Assembly: GCA_043228905.1 (NCBI GenBank)
Contig: JBHGNT010000002.1
Span: forward strand, 21,514,001-21,578,000
DNA length: 64,000 bases
DNA from: Azolla caroliniana
Taxonomy: Eukaryota > Plantae > Polypodiophyta
Direction of reading: 5' to 3'
Part shown: positions 50,850-63,078 of the stretch, piece by piece
Numbering within the stretch: the stretch's first letter is position 1
How the letters are laid out: each line of letters starts with the position of its first letter
The notes under the pieces: generated by a model
The model's database searches: none
What the model was told of the DNA's origin: nothing
The model's input: the letters and a program-made list of their open reading frames with translations, nothing else
Translations under genes and position numbers: made by a program

Positions 50850-53752
50850 TGTCCTATTCGGCTATTTGTTGAGTCATCGATCTGAACTGTCGATCCAACT
50901 CCGAACATCTTTCCGATTTCGACAGATTCATGCTTGTCCGAGTAACACTTGGCATGCTCGTGGGCGAGGACGTTGTCCGGCGAACCCACAAGAACCCTTT
51001 ACTTCTGCTGCTCTGAGGAAAGATCTTCTTCCATATCCAAATCCTCGTCTATGTCGTCCTGCAAAATGTCGAATAATGAGGGTTCTGCCTCTTGTGTTGC
51101 CATGCCCTCCTTGTCTTTGTCTTCATTTTCGGTATCCTTCCCCCGTTGTTGTTATCCTGTCGGGTTCCTTCGGTTGATGGTCTTGGCTCCGCTTCTGTTC
51201 CTGCTTCCGGTGCCCCGAGTCCAGGTGTTTTGGTGACTCTTTCGGCCTCAATATTGTCTAACTCGACGGATGTCTTGACATCATGCTTGTCGAATTCCTG
51301 CATGATTTAGTTAATTTCTTCTTTAAAATACGCCGCCATGTCGTATAGGTCCTTAGCAATATCTTCTTGAACTGTGGTAATTGATTCTTCCGATATCTTG
51401 AGGAAGCCCTTGCCCTGAACTTTCCTATTTTCTCTGTCGGCTCTTAATAGCTGAAGCTCTACGGCTTGTGCCGACCATGTTTGCCAACCCTTCTCCAACG
51501 ATTCATTGAACAATTTTAGGGTGTTAATTCGGTGACGTCTAATGATCGCTTGAACCCTGTTCTGAGTCATTCTAGCCTCAAACTGTGTTGTTGCCAATGT
51601 TTTCCGTAAATCAATAATTACCGCATTAGTCTGCCCTTCTGCCTGCATCAGTTTAGCTTGTGCCACTAAGAGGTCAAGTCGTCGTTTCTCGGAGACTGTT
51701 TGAATTTCTGCACATTGGTTTTCTATCTTCGCTTTCTCTTCATTCCAGTTGTTCTAACGCTGAATAATTTTTCCGTTGATTTCGTTTATCAGTTTGTCTT
51801 TACCCGCCAACTGTGTTGTAAAACAAGTCTCTTGGCTCTTGACATACTCTTACAGTTCCTCGACTTGTTGCCTTGTAGTCTCTTGCTGTTGGGCTAACTG
51901 TTGGCGTAAATCTTGTATTACAGTATCCTTTTCCCCTAAACATCTGTCGACAGTCGTTTTTGCCGACTGTAATCGAACCTCCATTTCCTTGAACCGGTCG
52001 TCAATCTTTTCCACCTTAATTTCTACCTCCCTTCGTGCTTGTTCGGCTTGGTACAACCTCTTTTGTAATTCCGAATCCGTCTCCAAAGGTTGCCTTTGTG
52101 ACTCTGGCTGGACTATCTGTTCTCTCATTTTTTCTAGAGCCACATGTTCTTCTTGCAGTTAATTTTCAATTGCTGATTTTCTGCCTGCATTCGTTTATAA
52201 TGTGCATTAAGCACATCTATAGGTGTTGTAGCCTGTTTGTATAATTCGGCCATATCCCTGGCCGCTCTGCTAGCCTTTTCATATTCACGGTGTACTTCCA
52301 CCAGTGCCTCATGTAATGGTGGTATTTGAATGGCTGCACCTCTATTTTTAGCATGTCGCTATCGACCAATTCTATCCACTTCCGCTAGTTTATTTGGTTC
52401 GATATCTCCACATAATGACTTCTGGATCATTATTTGATTTCTGTGCTCATGGGCCATTCTTTCCGACACTTCTTGCAGTTTTTTAGCTAACCATTCTACC
52501 AGTTCATATGATGTTCCGAACTACAGAATGGCAGCTCGCTCATGTGCTGCTGCTAGAATGTCGGAAGAATCGAGTGCCTCTTGCACCGTTGCCGTTGATG
52601 CCTGCCCTTTTTGAACTCGTAATGTGTCATCTGGATTGACACGAGGTATTTGCGTGCTTTGGGCGGCTTGATCGTTAGTTCTCTTTTTCTTCTGCACAGG
52701 TTGTTCTTGCTCCGATCTAGAGTATCTTTGAGATCATTGTTTCACCCTTCGTTGTTTCGGTAGTTGTTGGTCAATGTCAACTCATCTTGATTCCTACTGC
52801 TGTGATGGTTGCTCGTCTGTCGTCCCTCATTGTTGCATCCTCTGAGGTTGAGACTCAGGTGGTGGAGTCGGCGATTGTTGGGTAGGTTCGGGTTGTGGTA
52901 TCGACTGTTGTTGTTCAGATTCTTGTTGGTGCCTTGGTTCCGGTTGGTCAGTCTCGGTCTAAGTGGTATCGTCCTGCATTGATTCTTCTTCCCTCCACTC
53001 TTCCTGTTGGACTTGTCGTCGGGCTCGGGATGACTGTACCTGAGGTGGTTGACGCACCTCTGATCGGTTTTCCGGCTCTGTAGTCGGAAATAATACCGAT
53101 AACCAACGAGCAAAAATCGGCTTCATTGGTTTTCCTTTCCGAACTCCGTTTAGTTGCTCTCTCAGAGCATCTGCCACAGTAGCCCCCAATCGAAAGCTTT
53201 GCCTTCATAAGCGGCGATAATAAATCCGGCCGTCTTTTTGGGCATACAGTAGAATCTGGGACTAACAAACCCTACTTCCAATAAAAATTTTGCAACTTCA
53301 TGAAAAAACACGTCCCTACCTCCCTATGTCTGATACGCTTTGGCAGAGGGCGAATATTTACCGAAATAGGACCGCAAAACATCCTTTGTGACCTTGTTGA
53401 CATCATCGAACCCGCCTCTTGGCATCTCCAACACGGCCCATACCTTCTTATTCGTGATCGTCGAGACATCGATTTCTGCCAATAGAGATTCCACGTTCGG
53501 GTGCGGCTCTGTTTCTGCTACTTTCAAAAATCCCTATAACTTATTGCGAACGATCCAATGGCGCAAGTTTTCAGATACGACAATCGGCATGTTGTCGTCA
53601 TCGATTAACAGATCGTCACTTAGTGAGGGCTGTGAGAAACGTTGTGGGCTATGGTGAGAAAAATCAGAAAACCTGTGAGGTCGAATGCGTTTCTGCTTCC
53701 GTGGTGAAACAGTCATTACAGAAATAGGTTTTAAGTGATGAATTGTTTGCAT
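50850..53752 (-). pseudogene. Extra ORF downstream of pol in gypsy G (about 950 codons, broken; P/Q/E-rich linker and coiled coil)
   Basis: Consecutive same-strand ORF fragments 53534-53752, 53324-53527, 52959-53189, 51850-52143, 51307-51666, 51049-51303 with heptad-like E/Q/K/L composition. Confidence 0.7.
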
Positions 53753-55327
53753 GATGCCTAGGGAATAAAAGTACTATTAATGTTGTAATGACTAGGCGTA
53801 CTAGTGGAGTGATGGCTAGAAATAGTAATAATGACTAATAGAAATACGCCTCCATCACTTTTACTTATAGTCTTTTGAAATTACTCCAAGAGTTAGTTAT
53901 GATTTGGCAAGAAAATATTCTATAGTTAGTTTTTTTTTGTTTTTACTTTTCTACCGATTCATCCTTGAATGGATTTTCCAGCATATGTCCACGATATGGT
54001 TTAAGTTGGAAACCATTGACCCATTTCGGTAAAATATCACCTGATAGGGTTCCCAGTTAATACGTACCATTTTTACTGTTCACGATCCAAACTGGTCCCG
54101 TCCATCTATACCGAAGTTTTCCTGGCATCGCCCCCATCTTGGTCTGGAAAACCAGTACCAGTTTCCCGATTCCGAATTGCGATTCGGTTTTCCGTCGGTG
54201 TCGATTTACAAATGCCTTGGTTTGCCTTTGCTTGTGCTCTAAAGCTGTCATAGCTTGTAGTCAGTCTTCTTCTAATAGTAATAAAGATTCCTTCCGAATT
54301 TGCTCCGACTGTAGTTCATTTAAATTTTCAGTTGCTTGTATTTGGAGTGTTGGAATTTGGAATTCGATTGGCATCACTGCCTCCAATCCAAAAGCCATTC
54401 GGAAAGGTGTTGATTTGATAGATGTTTTGTACGACGTGCGATATGCCCATAAAGCACTATGCAACTTTTGATCCCAGTCCGTACGATTCTCATTTACTAT
54501 CTTTTTGAGTATCGTCTGGAGGGTTTTGTTTGTCGACTCCGCCAATCCATTCGCTTGTGGTAGTAAGGGGTGCTTTTCTTATGAACCACTGCATAGTAGG
54601 TAGACAATTCATGAACAAGTTTGTTAATGAAATGTGTACCTTGATCGCTCACTAATTCTATTGGGCAGCCGAATCGACACCATATACTTTTGTACAAAAT
54701 TTTTGCTGTTGAAGCTGCCGTATTATCCCTAAGAGCTTTACCTTCTACCCACTTTGTACAATAGTCAGTAGCCACTATAATATATCTATTTCTTGTTCTT
54801 ACTGCTGCCGGTTTGACAGGGCCTACAAAATCCAATCCCCATTTCTGGAAAGGTTCAAGAGGTAACACCGGTTGAAACGACATTCGGTCCTTTCCTGTCG
54901 ATTGTCCCATATGCTAACATAAATCACATTTCCGACAATATTCGACCGCATCCTTCATCACTGTGGGCCACCATAACCCATTGTTCCATATTTTTCGTGC
55001 TGTGGTTTCCCCAGCATAGTGTCCTCCTGCAATTCCACAGTGCGATTCCCGAAGAATGACCGATTTTTCGAATTGTCGTACTGTTCTTCTCCAAATACCA
55101 TGTGCTCCTTTATGATACAGAGTATCGTTCAAAAGACAAAAATTACGACTCCTTACCGCCAGCCTTTTTCTTTCGTCTGTCGATAGATGTTCGGGTGGTA
55201 ACCCTATTGTAAGAAAGATTGTCATTTCTGAGATCCAAGCATCCTCACTTTCTGTTGGGATATCGGTCCCTCCGGATGGGATGTCCGGAGATGAATGACG
55301 GCAAGCCCGGTTGCGGTTACGGAACCG

Positions 55328-55537
55328 GAGGATGAAGAGTACCCGGCATGAAGCCGGATGAAGAGTACCCGGCATGAAGCCGGATGAAGAGTACCCGGCT
55401 TGAAGCCGGATGAAGAAGACCCGGCTACGGAGCCGGATGATGAAGACCCGGCTACGGAGCCGGATGATGAAGACCCGGCTACGGAGCGGAGCCGGATGAC
55501 GAAGACCCGGCTACGGAGCCGGATGACGAAGACCCGG
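55328..55537 (+). repeat. U3 tandem arrays in the F LTR: about 3 x 26 bp and 5 x 27 bp (repeated at about 59213-59417)
   Basis: Units gccggatgaagagtacccggcatgaa and gccggatgatgaagacccggctacgga. Confidence 0.92.
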
Positions 55538-56034
55538 AGAGAGATCCGGATGCGGGGACATATTTGTGAATATGTTTGCCAAGGGCCCTTGAGGCTATAT
55601 TTGTAAATAGCCCGAAAGTCATATGTGTATAAATATGACTTAGGGCAAACTGTTTGTTGTTGCTGAAAAGTTGCTGCTCATATTTTTCTGTTTTTCCACT
55701 TAGAGGGAGTGAGGTGAGCAGCCGAGAGAGAGAGAGACGAAGAGGTCGTGGCCTCTGTGTATTACCGCCGCCTGTGGCGAAGATAGTGAGCTCAAGGTTG
55801 TTGCCTTGTAGCTTCACCATTGTACATCTCTGTTTATAGTGACAGTTGGAGTTTGAGGACTCCCGTGGTTTTTCCCATTTAGGGTTTTCCACGTAAAACA
55901 TCCTGTGTACCTCTCTCTCTATTGTCTTCGTGCATTTTGCATTTCCCGTTTTCTGAGAGTTGATCCTTTTTCCTCGGTTGTGGCCGAGCGGGTTTTTTCA
56001 ACAAAGTGGTATCAGAGCGACGGTAACACAGAAA

Positions 56035-58473
56035 ATGGAAGGCGGCGGCAGCGGGCAGCCGGGGATGATGGTGCTGAATGCGCAGAACTACGCCGACTGG
56101 AAGATCAAGATGGAAGATCTTCTGATTGTTCGGGACCTGTACGAACCGATTGACAGGTCGGAAATACCGAAGGGAGTACTTGAGTCGGAATGGAGGCTTC
56201 TGAACCGGAAAGCCGTTGCAACCATTCGGCAATACGTAGACGTGAGCGTTCTACAACATGTGGCGAACGACACCAACGCATATGAGATGTGGAAGAAGCT
56301 GTCGGGCCTCTACGAGAGGAAGAATGCGTTGAACCGGACCTCCCTGATGAGGAAAATAGTGAATCTTAAGTACCGGGACGGCGAGAGCATGGTCGAACAC
56401 GTAAGCACGTTCATGGGATTCGTGAACCAGCTTGCGGCGATCAAGTTCCCGTTGGAGGATGCAATGCAAGCCATCATCTTGATGTGTACATTGCCGGAAA
56501 GCTGGGAGAACTTGGTGGTGACTCTCAGCACCTCCTGCACCGAAGATAACTTGTCTCTACAAACGGTAAAGACAAGTATTTTGAATGAAGAAGCGCGTCG
56601 GAGAGATAAAGAACCGGCCTCCGACTCGAAGGCGCTGCTAGCCGAATCGGAACGGGGAAGACAATGGAACCGGAGTCCGCAAAGACGGGAGAAGTCGGGG
56701 ACCCGGTCGCAGTCAAGAGGAAGGCCCACATGCTTCCACTGTGGGAAGCCGGGGCACTTCCGGAAGAATTGTCGGCATTACCGAAAAGACAACGGAGCCG
56801 ACGACACCGATTCGAAGAAGTCACCGGAGAGAAACGGTGCATACCGGGGAGCCACGGACCGGAGAGGTTCGGATCGGCGAGGGCAGGACCGGAAAGGAAC
56901 AACGGCACTCGCGGCAAGTGAGGAAGAAATCATGCTCATCACCGAAGAAGGTGAACTAAACGTTGCCGGCGATGAGACGACCTGGGTGGTCGATTCCGGA
57001 GCATCGTTCCACCTGACCCCGGAAAGAAGATACTTTTCATCCTACACAGCCGGTGAGCATGGCTGTGTTCGGATGGGAAATGAAGGTACGTGCCGGATTG
57101 CCGGCATCGGAGACGTGTGGTTGACAACCCCGACCGGATGCAAAATGCTGCTGAAGGATGTCCGACACGTTCCGGAGGTTCGATTGAACCTGATTTCGGC
57201 CGGGAGGCTAGACGATGAAGGCTACACAGGTAGCATCCGGAACGGCGTAATGAAGTTCAGCAAGGGGAGCCTGATAGTGGCTCGGGCCCGGAAAGACAAC
57301 ACACTGTACCTGATGAATGCCCGGTTATGTCCGGAAGAGTTGAACGTGGCAGCCGACACTGCCGGTGAGCTGTGGCACAAGAGACTGTGCCACATGAGTG
57401 AGAAGGGGATGAAGAGGCTTGCAGAAGACAACCTCATTCCAGTGAAGCATGTGCATCTGGAGAAGTGCACCGATTGCCTGGCCGGTAAGCAGAACCGAGC
57501 CTCCTTCCACTCAAGGCCACCGACGAGACGTAGTGCACCATTGGAGTTGGTGCACACTGATGTGTGTCAAGTAGAAACGAAGTCACATGGCGGAGCCCAG
57601 TACTTCGTGACATTCATTGATGACCACAGCCGGAAGCTGTGGACTGCACCGTTGAAGACAAAGGACCAAGTATTGTCCGTCTTCAAAGAACTCCACGCGA
57701 GAGTGGAAAGAGAATCCGGCAAGAAGCTGAAAGCGATACGAGCGGATAACGGAGGAGAATACCGAGGGCAATTTGAGGAGTATTGCCATTCGATGGGAAT
57801 CCGGCTCGAGTTTACTGTGCCGAAGACGCCGGAACTGAACGGGCTGGCCGAGAGGATGAACCGGACCATAATGGAGAGGGTCCGGAGTATGCTGGCGCAT
57901 GCGAAATTACCCAAGGGGTTTTGGGCTGAGGCAATGTCGACGGCGACATACGTGATAAACAGATCACCCTCAGTACCTTTGGACGGAGACACGCCGCAGA
58001 GAGTGTGGACCGGTAAGGAAGTATCCTACCGGCATCTGAAGGTGTTCGGGTGTCTAGTGTATGTACATGTGGCAAAGGACCGGAGAGGAAAGCTAGATCC
58101 AAAGACCCGGCCATGCATATTCCTCGGTTACGGCAACGATGAGTTCGGCTACCGAGTATGGGACCCGGTCGACAAGAAGATATTCAGGAGTCGAGATATC
58201 ATCTTCATGGAGGACAAGACACTTGCCGACTGGGAGTCGGAGAAGAAGATGAAGAGCTCCAAGTCGACCGGTGAGGATCAACTCTACAAGGAGCAGTCCC
58301 GACCGGCAAGAGACCGGTTAGCACTCAGGATCCGGCCGAAGACGGTGAAGAGACAGAACCGGCCGAAGAAGATGAAAATGATACCGGAACCAGCCCCGAT
58401 CCCGAGATGGATTCGGATGAAGAAGAATCGGAAGAACCGGTTACCGAAGCTCCGGAACGGAGATATCCTCTAA
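56035..58473 (+). CDS. Gag-protease-integrase polyprotein of copia F (812 aa, open)
   Basis: ATG 56035 just after the PBS. CFHCGKPGHFRKNC, WVVDSGASFH, LWHKRLCH...CTDC, VHTDVC, RADNGGEY, NGLAERMN. A frameshift near 58325 ends the ORF after the integrase. Confidence 0.9.
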   Translation: MEGGGSGQPGMMVLNAQNYADWKIKMEDLLIVRDLYEPIDRSEIPKGVLESEWRLLNRKAVATIRQYVDVSVLQHVANDTNAYEMWKKLSGLYERKNALNRTSLMRKIVNLKYRDGESMVEHVSTFMGFVNQLAAIKFPLEDAMQAIILMCTLPESWENLVVTLSTSCTEDNLSLQTVKTSILNEEARRRDKEPASDSKALLAESERGRQWNRSPQRREKSGTRSQSRGRPTCFHCGKPGHFRKNCRHYRKDNGADDTDSKKSPERNGAYRGATDRRGSDRRGQDRKGTTALAASEEEIMLITEEGELNVAGDETTWVVDSGASFHLTPERRYFSSYTAGEHGCVRMGNEGTCRIAGIGDVWLTTPTGCKMLLKDVRHVPEVRLNLISAGRLDDEGYTGSIRNGVMKFSKGSLIVARARKDNTLYLMNARLCPEELNVAADTAGELWHKRLCHMSEKGMKRLAEDNLIPVKHVHLEKCTDCLAGKQNRASFHSRPPTRRSAPLELVHTDVCQVETKSHGGAQYFVTFIDDHSRKLWTAPLKTKDQVLSVFKELHARVERESGKKLKAIRADNGGEYRGQFEEYCHSMGIRLEFTVPKTPELNGLAERMNRTIMERVRSMLAHAKLPKGFWAEAMSTATYVINRSPSVPLDGDTPQRVWTGKEVSYRHLKVFGCLVYVHVAKDRRGKLDPKTRPCIFLGYGNDEFGYRVWDPVDKKIFRSRDIIFMEDKTLADWESEKKMKSSKSTGEDQLYKEQSRPARDRLALRIRPKTVKRQNRPKKMKMIPEPAPIPRWIRMKKNRKNRLPKLRNGDIL

Positions 58474-58545
58474 GAGAGAGAAGGCCCCCCCGGAGATTTC
58501 CGGAACCAGAGCACGTGCTGCTAACCGACGAGGGGGAGCCGGTAC

Positions 58546-59127
58546 ATGAGCAATCCCGGAAAAGAGCACTGGAACGCGGTCAAGTGGATACTCCGATACC
58601 TGAAGGGCACGGCAAACGTGTGCCTCCAATTCGGCTCCGGTAAGCCCGAACTCGACGGCTTCACTGATTCGGATATGTCGGCTGATGCAGATACCAGCCG
58701 GTCCACATCAGGGTATGTGATGACGTATGCAGGGGGAGCTGTTTCGTGGCAGTCGAGGCTGCAGAAGACGGTTGCATTGTCAACCACGGAGGCGGAGTAC
58801 ATGGCGGCTGTTGAAGCCGGCAAGGAAATAATATGGATGAAGGACTTCATTAGAGAGCTCGGTATCCGGCAGGAGGAGTACCGACTCTACTGCGATAGTC
58901 AGAGTGCCATCCACCTTGCGAAGAACGCGGCCTATCACTCCCGGACGAAGCACATCCAGCGAAGATATCACTGGATCCGGGAAAGGATAGAAGACGAGGA
59001 GTTCGTGCTGACGAAGATCCACACGGACGAAAACGGCTCAGATATGCTGACCAAAGTGCTCACACCCGACAAGCTGGAAGCATGCCGGAAGAGGATCGGA
59101 TTGGAGAGACATCCCATGCCGAAGTGA
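58546..59127 (+). pseudogene. Orphan RNase H region of copia F
   Basis: FTDSDMS...RSTSGYV...STTEAEY...CDSQSAI...DMLTK, abutting the RT deletion junction. Confidence 0.88.
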
Positions 59128-62100
59128 AGGGGGAGTTTGTTGGGATATCGGTCCCTCCGGATGGGATGTCCGGAGATGAATGACGGCAAGCCCGGTTGCG
59201 GTTACGGAACCGGAGGATGAAGAGTACCCGGCATGAAGCCGGATGAAGAGTACCCGGCATGAAGCCGGATGAAGAGTACCCGGCTTGAAGCCGGATGAAG
59301 AAGACCCGGCTACGGAGCCGGATGATGAAGACCCGGCTACGGAGCCGGATGATGAAGACCCGGCTACGGAGCCGGATGACGAAGACCCGGCTACGGAGCC
59401 GGATGATGAAGACCCGGAGAGAGATCCGGATGCGGGGACATATTTGTGAATATGTTTGCCAAGGGCCCTTGAGGCTATATTTGTAAATAGCCCGAAAGTC
59501 ATATGTGTATAAATATGACTTAGGGCAAACTGTTTGTTGTTGCTGAAAAGTTGCTGCTCATATTTTTCTGTTTTTCCACTTAGAGGGAGTGAGGTGAGCA
59601 GCCGAGAGAGAGAGAGACGAAGAGGTCGTGGCCTCTGTGTATTACCGCCGCCTGTGGCGAAGATAGTGAGCTCAAGGTTGTTGCCTTGTAGCTTCACCAT
59701 TGTACATCTCTGTTTATAGTGACAGTTGGAGTTTGAGGACTCCCGTGGTTTTTCCCATTTAGGGTTTTCCACGTAAAACATCCTGTGTACCTCTCTCTCT
59801 ATTGTCTTCGTGCATTTTGCATTTCCCATTTTCTGAGAGTTGATCCTTTTTCCTCGGTTGTGGCCGAGCGGGTTTTTTCAACACTTTCTTCATTTACACC
59901 TTGTGCATTTACTGCTTCCACTCAAAAAGCTGACCATCCGGAAAATCATCCTTGACGCCTATGCCTTCTTCTCCTGACTCCAGTCGACTGAGATAATCGG
60001 CCACTGCATGTTGTACTCCTAGCCGATGTAAAATGTCGAATTCGAATTCTTGGAGAAGAAGAGTCCATCTTGCTAACTTGCTAGTTAACTCTTGTTTCGA
60101 GACCAAATAAAGGAGAGCCGAATGATCAACATGAAATGTAAACTTTTTCCCCAAAAGGTAGTGTCGAAACTTATTGACACTATAGATCATTCCTAAAGCT
60201 TCCCTCTCAATGGTAGAGTAATTTCTTTCTGCTGTCAAAAGTTTCCGACTAGCATAGTAAATTGGCCTGTACCAATTCGGTTCGGTTAACTGCATTAATA
60301 CACTTCCGATTGCGATGTCCGATGCATCGACAAAAAATGAAATGGCTTATTCCAATCAGGTGGTTGAACGATTGGAACTTTGGACAATATTTTCTTTAGA
60401 CAATCATAGGCATCCTGTTCGACACTTGTCCACTGAAAAGGAACTTTGTGTACTGCTGTATGTAAGGGAATGGCGATATCCGCAAGATATCTTATCATTC
60501 GACTATGCCACTGAATCTGCCCCAAAAACCGACTGAGAGCTTTAGAATTTGTGGGTGCCAGTGCTTCGAGTATGGTTTTAACCTTGTCAGAGTGCACTGC
60601 AATTCCTTCCTGACTGACAATATGGCCTAATAATGTGCCATTAGTGACCCCGAATGCACATTTAGCCGGATTTAAACTAAGTTGTCCTTCCCGACATTTC
60701 TCCAAACATAGTCGTAAATGCTCAAAATGTTTGGTTTTCCGACTATAAACAGCAAAATCATCCAAAAATACTTGCATAAAGGCAGGAATGTAATTCCCAA
60801 ATATTTCCTATATCACTCTTTGAAATGTCGCCGAAGCAGTCTTCAAGCTAAACATCATTACTACTGCAACAAACACTCCCCATTCTGTAACAAAAGCTGT
60901 CTTTTCTTGATCTTCCGGATTCATCCGAACCTGATTATAACCACTCAAACCATCTAGGAAACTATATACTTCATGGCCAGCTATACCATCCAATATACTA
61001 TCCGTAAATGGTAATGGAAACGTGTCCGTAACGGTAGCCGCATTTAATTTCCAGTAGTCGACACATACCCAAATTTCCATTCTTTTTCGGAACCACGACG
61101 ATTGGACTTAACCATGTCGATTTTTTCACCGGACGAATAAACCCTACTTTCAAAAGTTTATCTATTTCTTCTTTAACTTTAATAGCATAATTAGGATTTA
61201 ATTGGTACCTGCGTTGTTGAATTGGCTTTGCATCCTTATGCAAGTTGATTTGATGTTGACAAAAAGCTGGATCTAGTCCCTTCATATCTTCAAAAGACCA
61301 GGCAAAGACATCCTTATATTGCTTTAATAATGCGGTTAACCGTTGTTTGTCCGCTTCTATCATTTCCTTAGCAATGAGTACTGTTTTAAACTCATTGTCC
61401 CCATTTCCTTCTGCCAAATTTATTTCCTCCAATGCTGAAGCTTTAACTCATTGGGACACTTTCATCTCTCTATCAGTAGTTTCTTGCTGGAGTCGTATTT
61501 CCTTCATTGCTTGCTCATCTATTGGCAATTCCTCCTGGGAATCCACGTATGGCGTTAAGGCTTGTAAAATATCGACTTCGAACAAAGAAATGATTTTCGG
61601 ATTATCATCAAAATACTGATTTTCTTCGACCTCGTCTAATCCTTCCATCATATTGACAAACTCAGCATATACAGGCAAACATTGTTTGCTTGTCGCAACC
61701 TTGTTCTGTGTCAAAACCCGAATTTTCGTTTTGCCTTTTCGGAATGTTAGTTGATTCTTATTCCAATTTTGCTTGATGTTAGCAGTTTTTAACCATGGAT
61801 GTCCTAATAACAAATGATATGCACCAGGAGCTTCCAAATGAAGAATAACTGCTGATATCAGAAAACTATGACCACCCAATACTACCTCTTATTGGCGGAG
61901 TAACCCAATTGGTCGTACCGTAGAGGTATCCGCCATTCTAAGCCAAAATGGGCAAGCTTCCCATTTAGTAATTCCCAACCTATCACATGTGGTTTTATTA
62001 ATGACATTCACTCCTGAGCCACCATTGATAATCGTATTTTCGATTTCCTAACCCTGAATTATTACCTTAATTGATGGATTTTGCTCATCCATGATTGAAG

Positions 62101-63078
62101 GGTTGTTGCTCAGTTGACTATAATTTACCGATACTTGTTCTGACCCTTTTTGGGCAGTCAATGTCGCTACTTTTTCGGTAAATCTAGGGACCAACTTAAG
62201 TAATCCGATTAGTGGTAATGACACTTGGCAATCTACCAAGAGCTTCCAAGCTTCCTCTTGTTCTGGTACAAGAATCACTCCTGGTAATTCATTAACTTGA
62301 TTAATTTCATTGTCTTGGAGCATCCGGTTTACATTATTTCTGTTTGCTTCCTCTACCCATTCCTTGGCTGCTTTCCGGACTGCTTACTGAATCTCCCACT
62401 TGGATTGTTTACTTTTTCTCCTAGTGGTTACTTGATGTATTTCTGGTATAACCATATTAACCGCCGGTCCTTTCCCTTTAGCAGGGCACTGATTAGCATA
62501 ATGACCAGTTTGACGGCAAATATAGCAAGTAGGAACAAATGTTCCACTTCCCTCGCCTTGCTCAAACTGACTAGTCCCCTCATTTTGCATAAACTGTTGA
62601 CCATCATTCGGCGATTGTTGAAACTGTTGTGAGGCTTTCAGTTTGTAGAATTTTTTATTTTTATACTGGTTCTGCTTAAACCGTCCTCCATTTTGTTGTT
62701 GCTGATTCATATTCGATGGTACCGAGAATTCTTGATTTTGTTGAAAATCTTGATTGTGCTGAAAATTACTTTGTTGGAAAGATTGATTATTTTGTTGAAA
62801 ACCTGGATTCAGCTGGAATTTATTTTGCTGAAAGGTTTGATTGTTTTGAAAATTATTTTATTGAGCTTGTGGAAAACTATTTTGTTGGTATCCATTATTG
62901 AACGAATTCTGTTTATTGTGGTACCCATTTTCCGGAAAAATTTGTCTTACCGGAGCCGTCGTTTTATTAAGCAAGTTATACTCACATTGCTCAACCGAAT
63001 GAAGTTTAGAATGACATATTGTGCAATGTGTTCGCAGACTACACTCGATCGTCGAATGACCGGTATTTAAACAAGTAG

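Larger units (their letters stand above)
55253..59883 (+). mobile_element. Very young Ty1/copia element 'F' lacking the RT domain
   Basis: LTRs 55253-56003 and 59138-59883 differ by about 2 substitutions and one 5-bp indel. Perfect TSD ctttc (55248-55252 and 59884-59888). PBS tggtatcagagc 56007-56018, PPT gaagggggag near 59126. Confidence 0.98.

Noticed and set aside
55328-55537. CRISPR-like array
   Set aside because: Head-to-tail repeats with no unique spacers, no cas genes, inside a eukaryotic LTR
59038-59829. 263-aa minus-strand ORF with GSVAGSSSS repeats (also 55479-55901)
   Set aside because: Read-through of the 27-bp LTR array; the frame is broken in the sister LTR by a 5-bp indel
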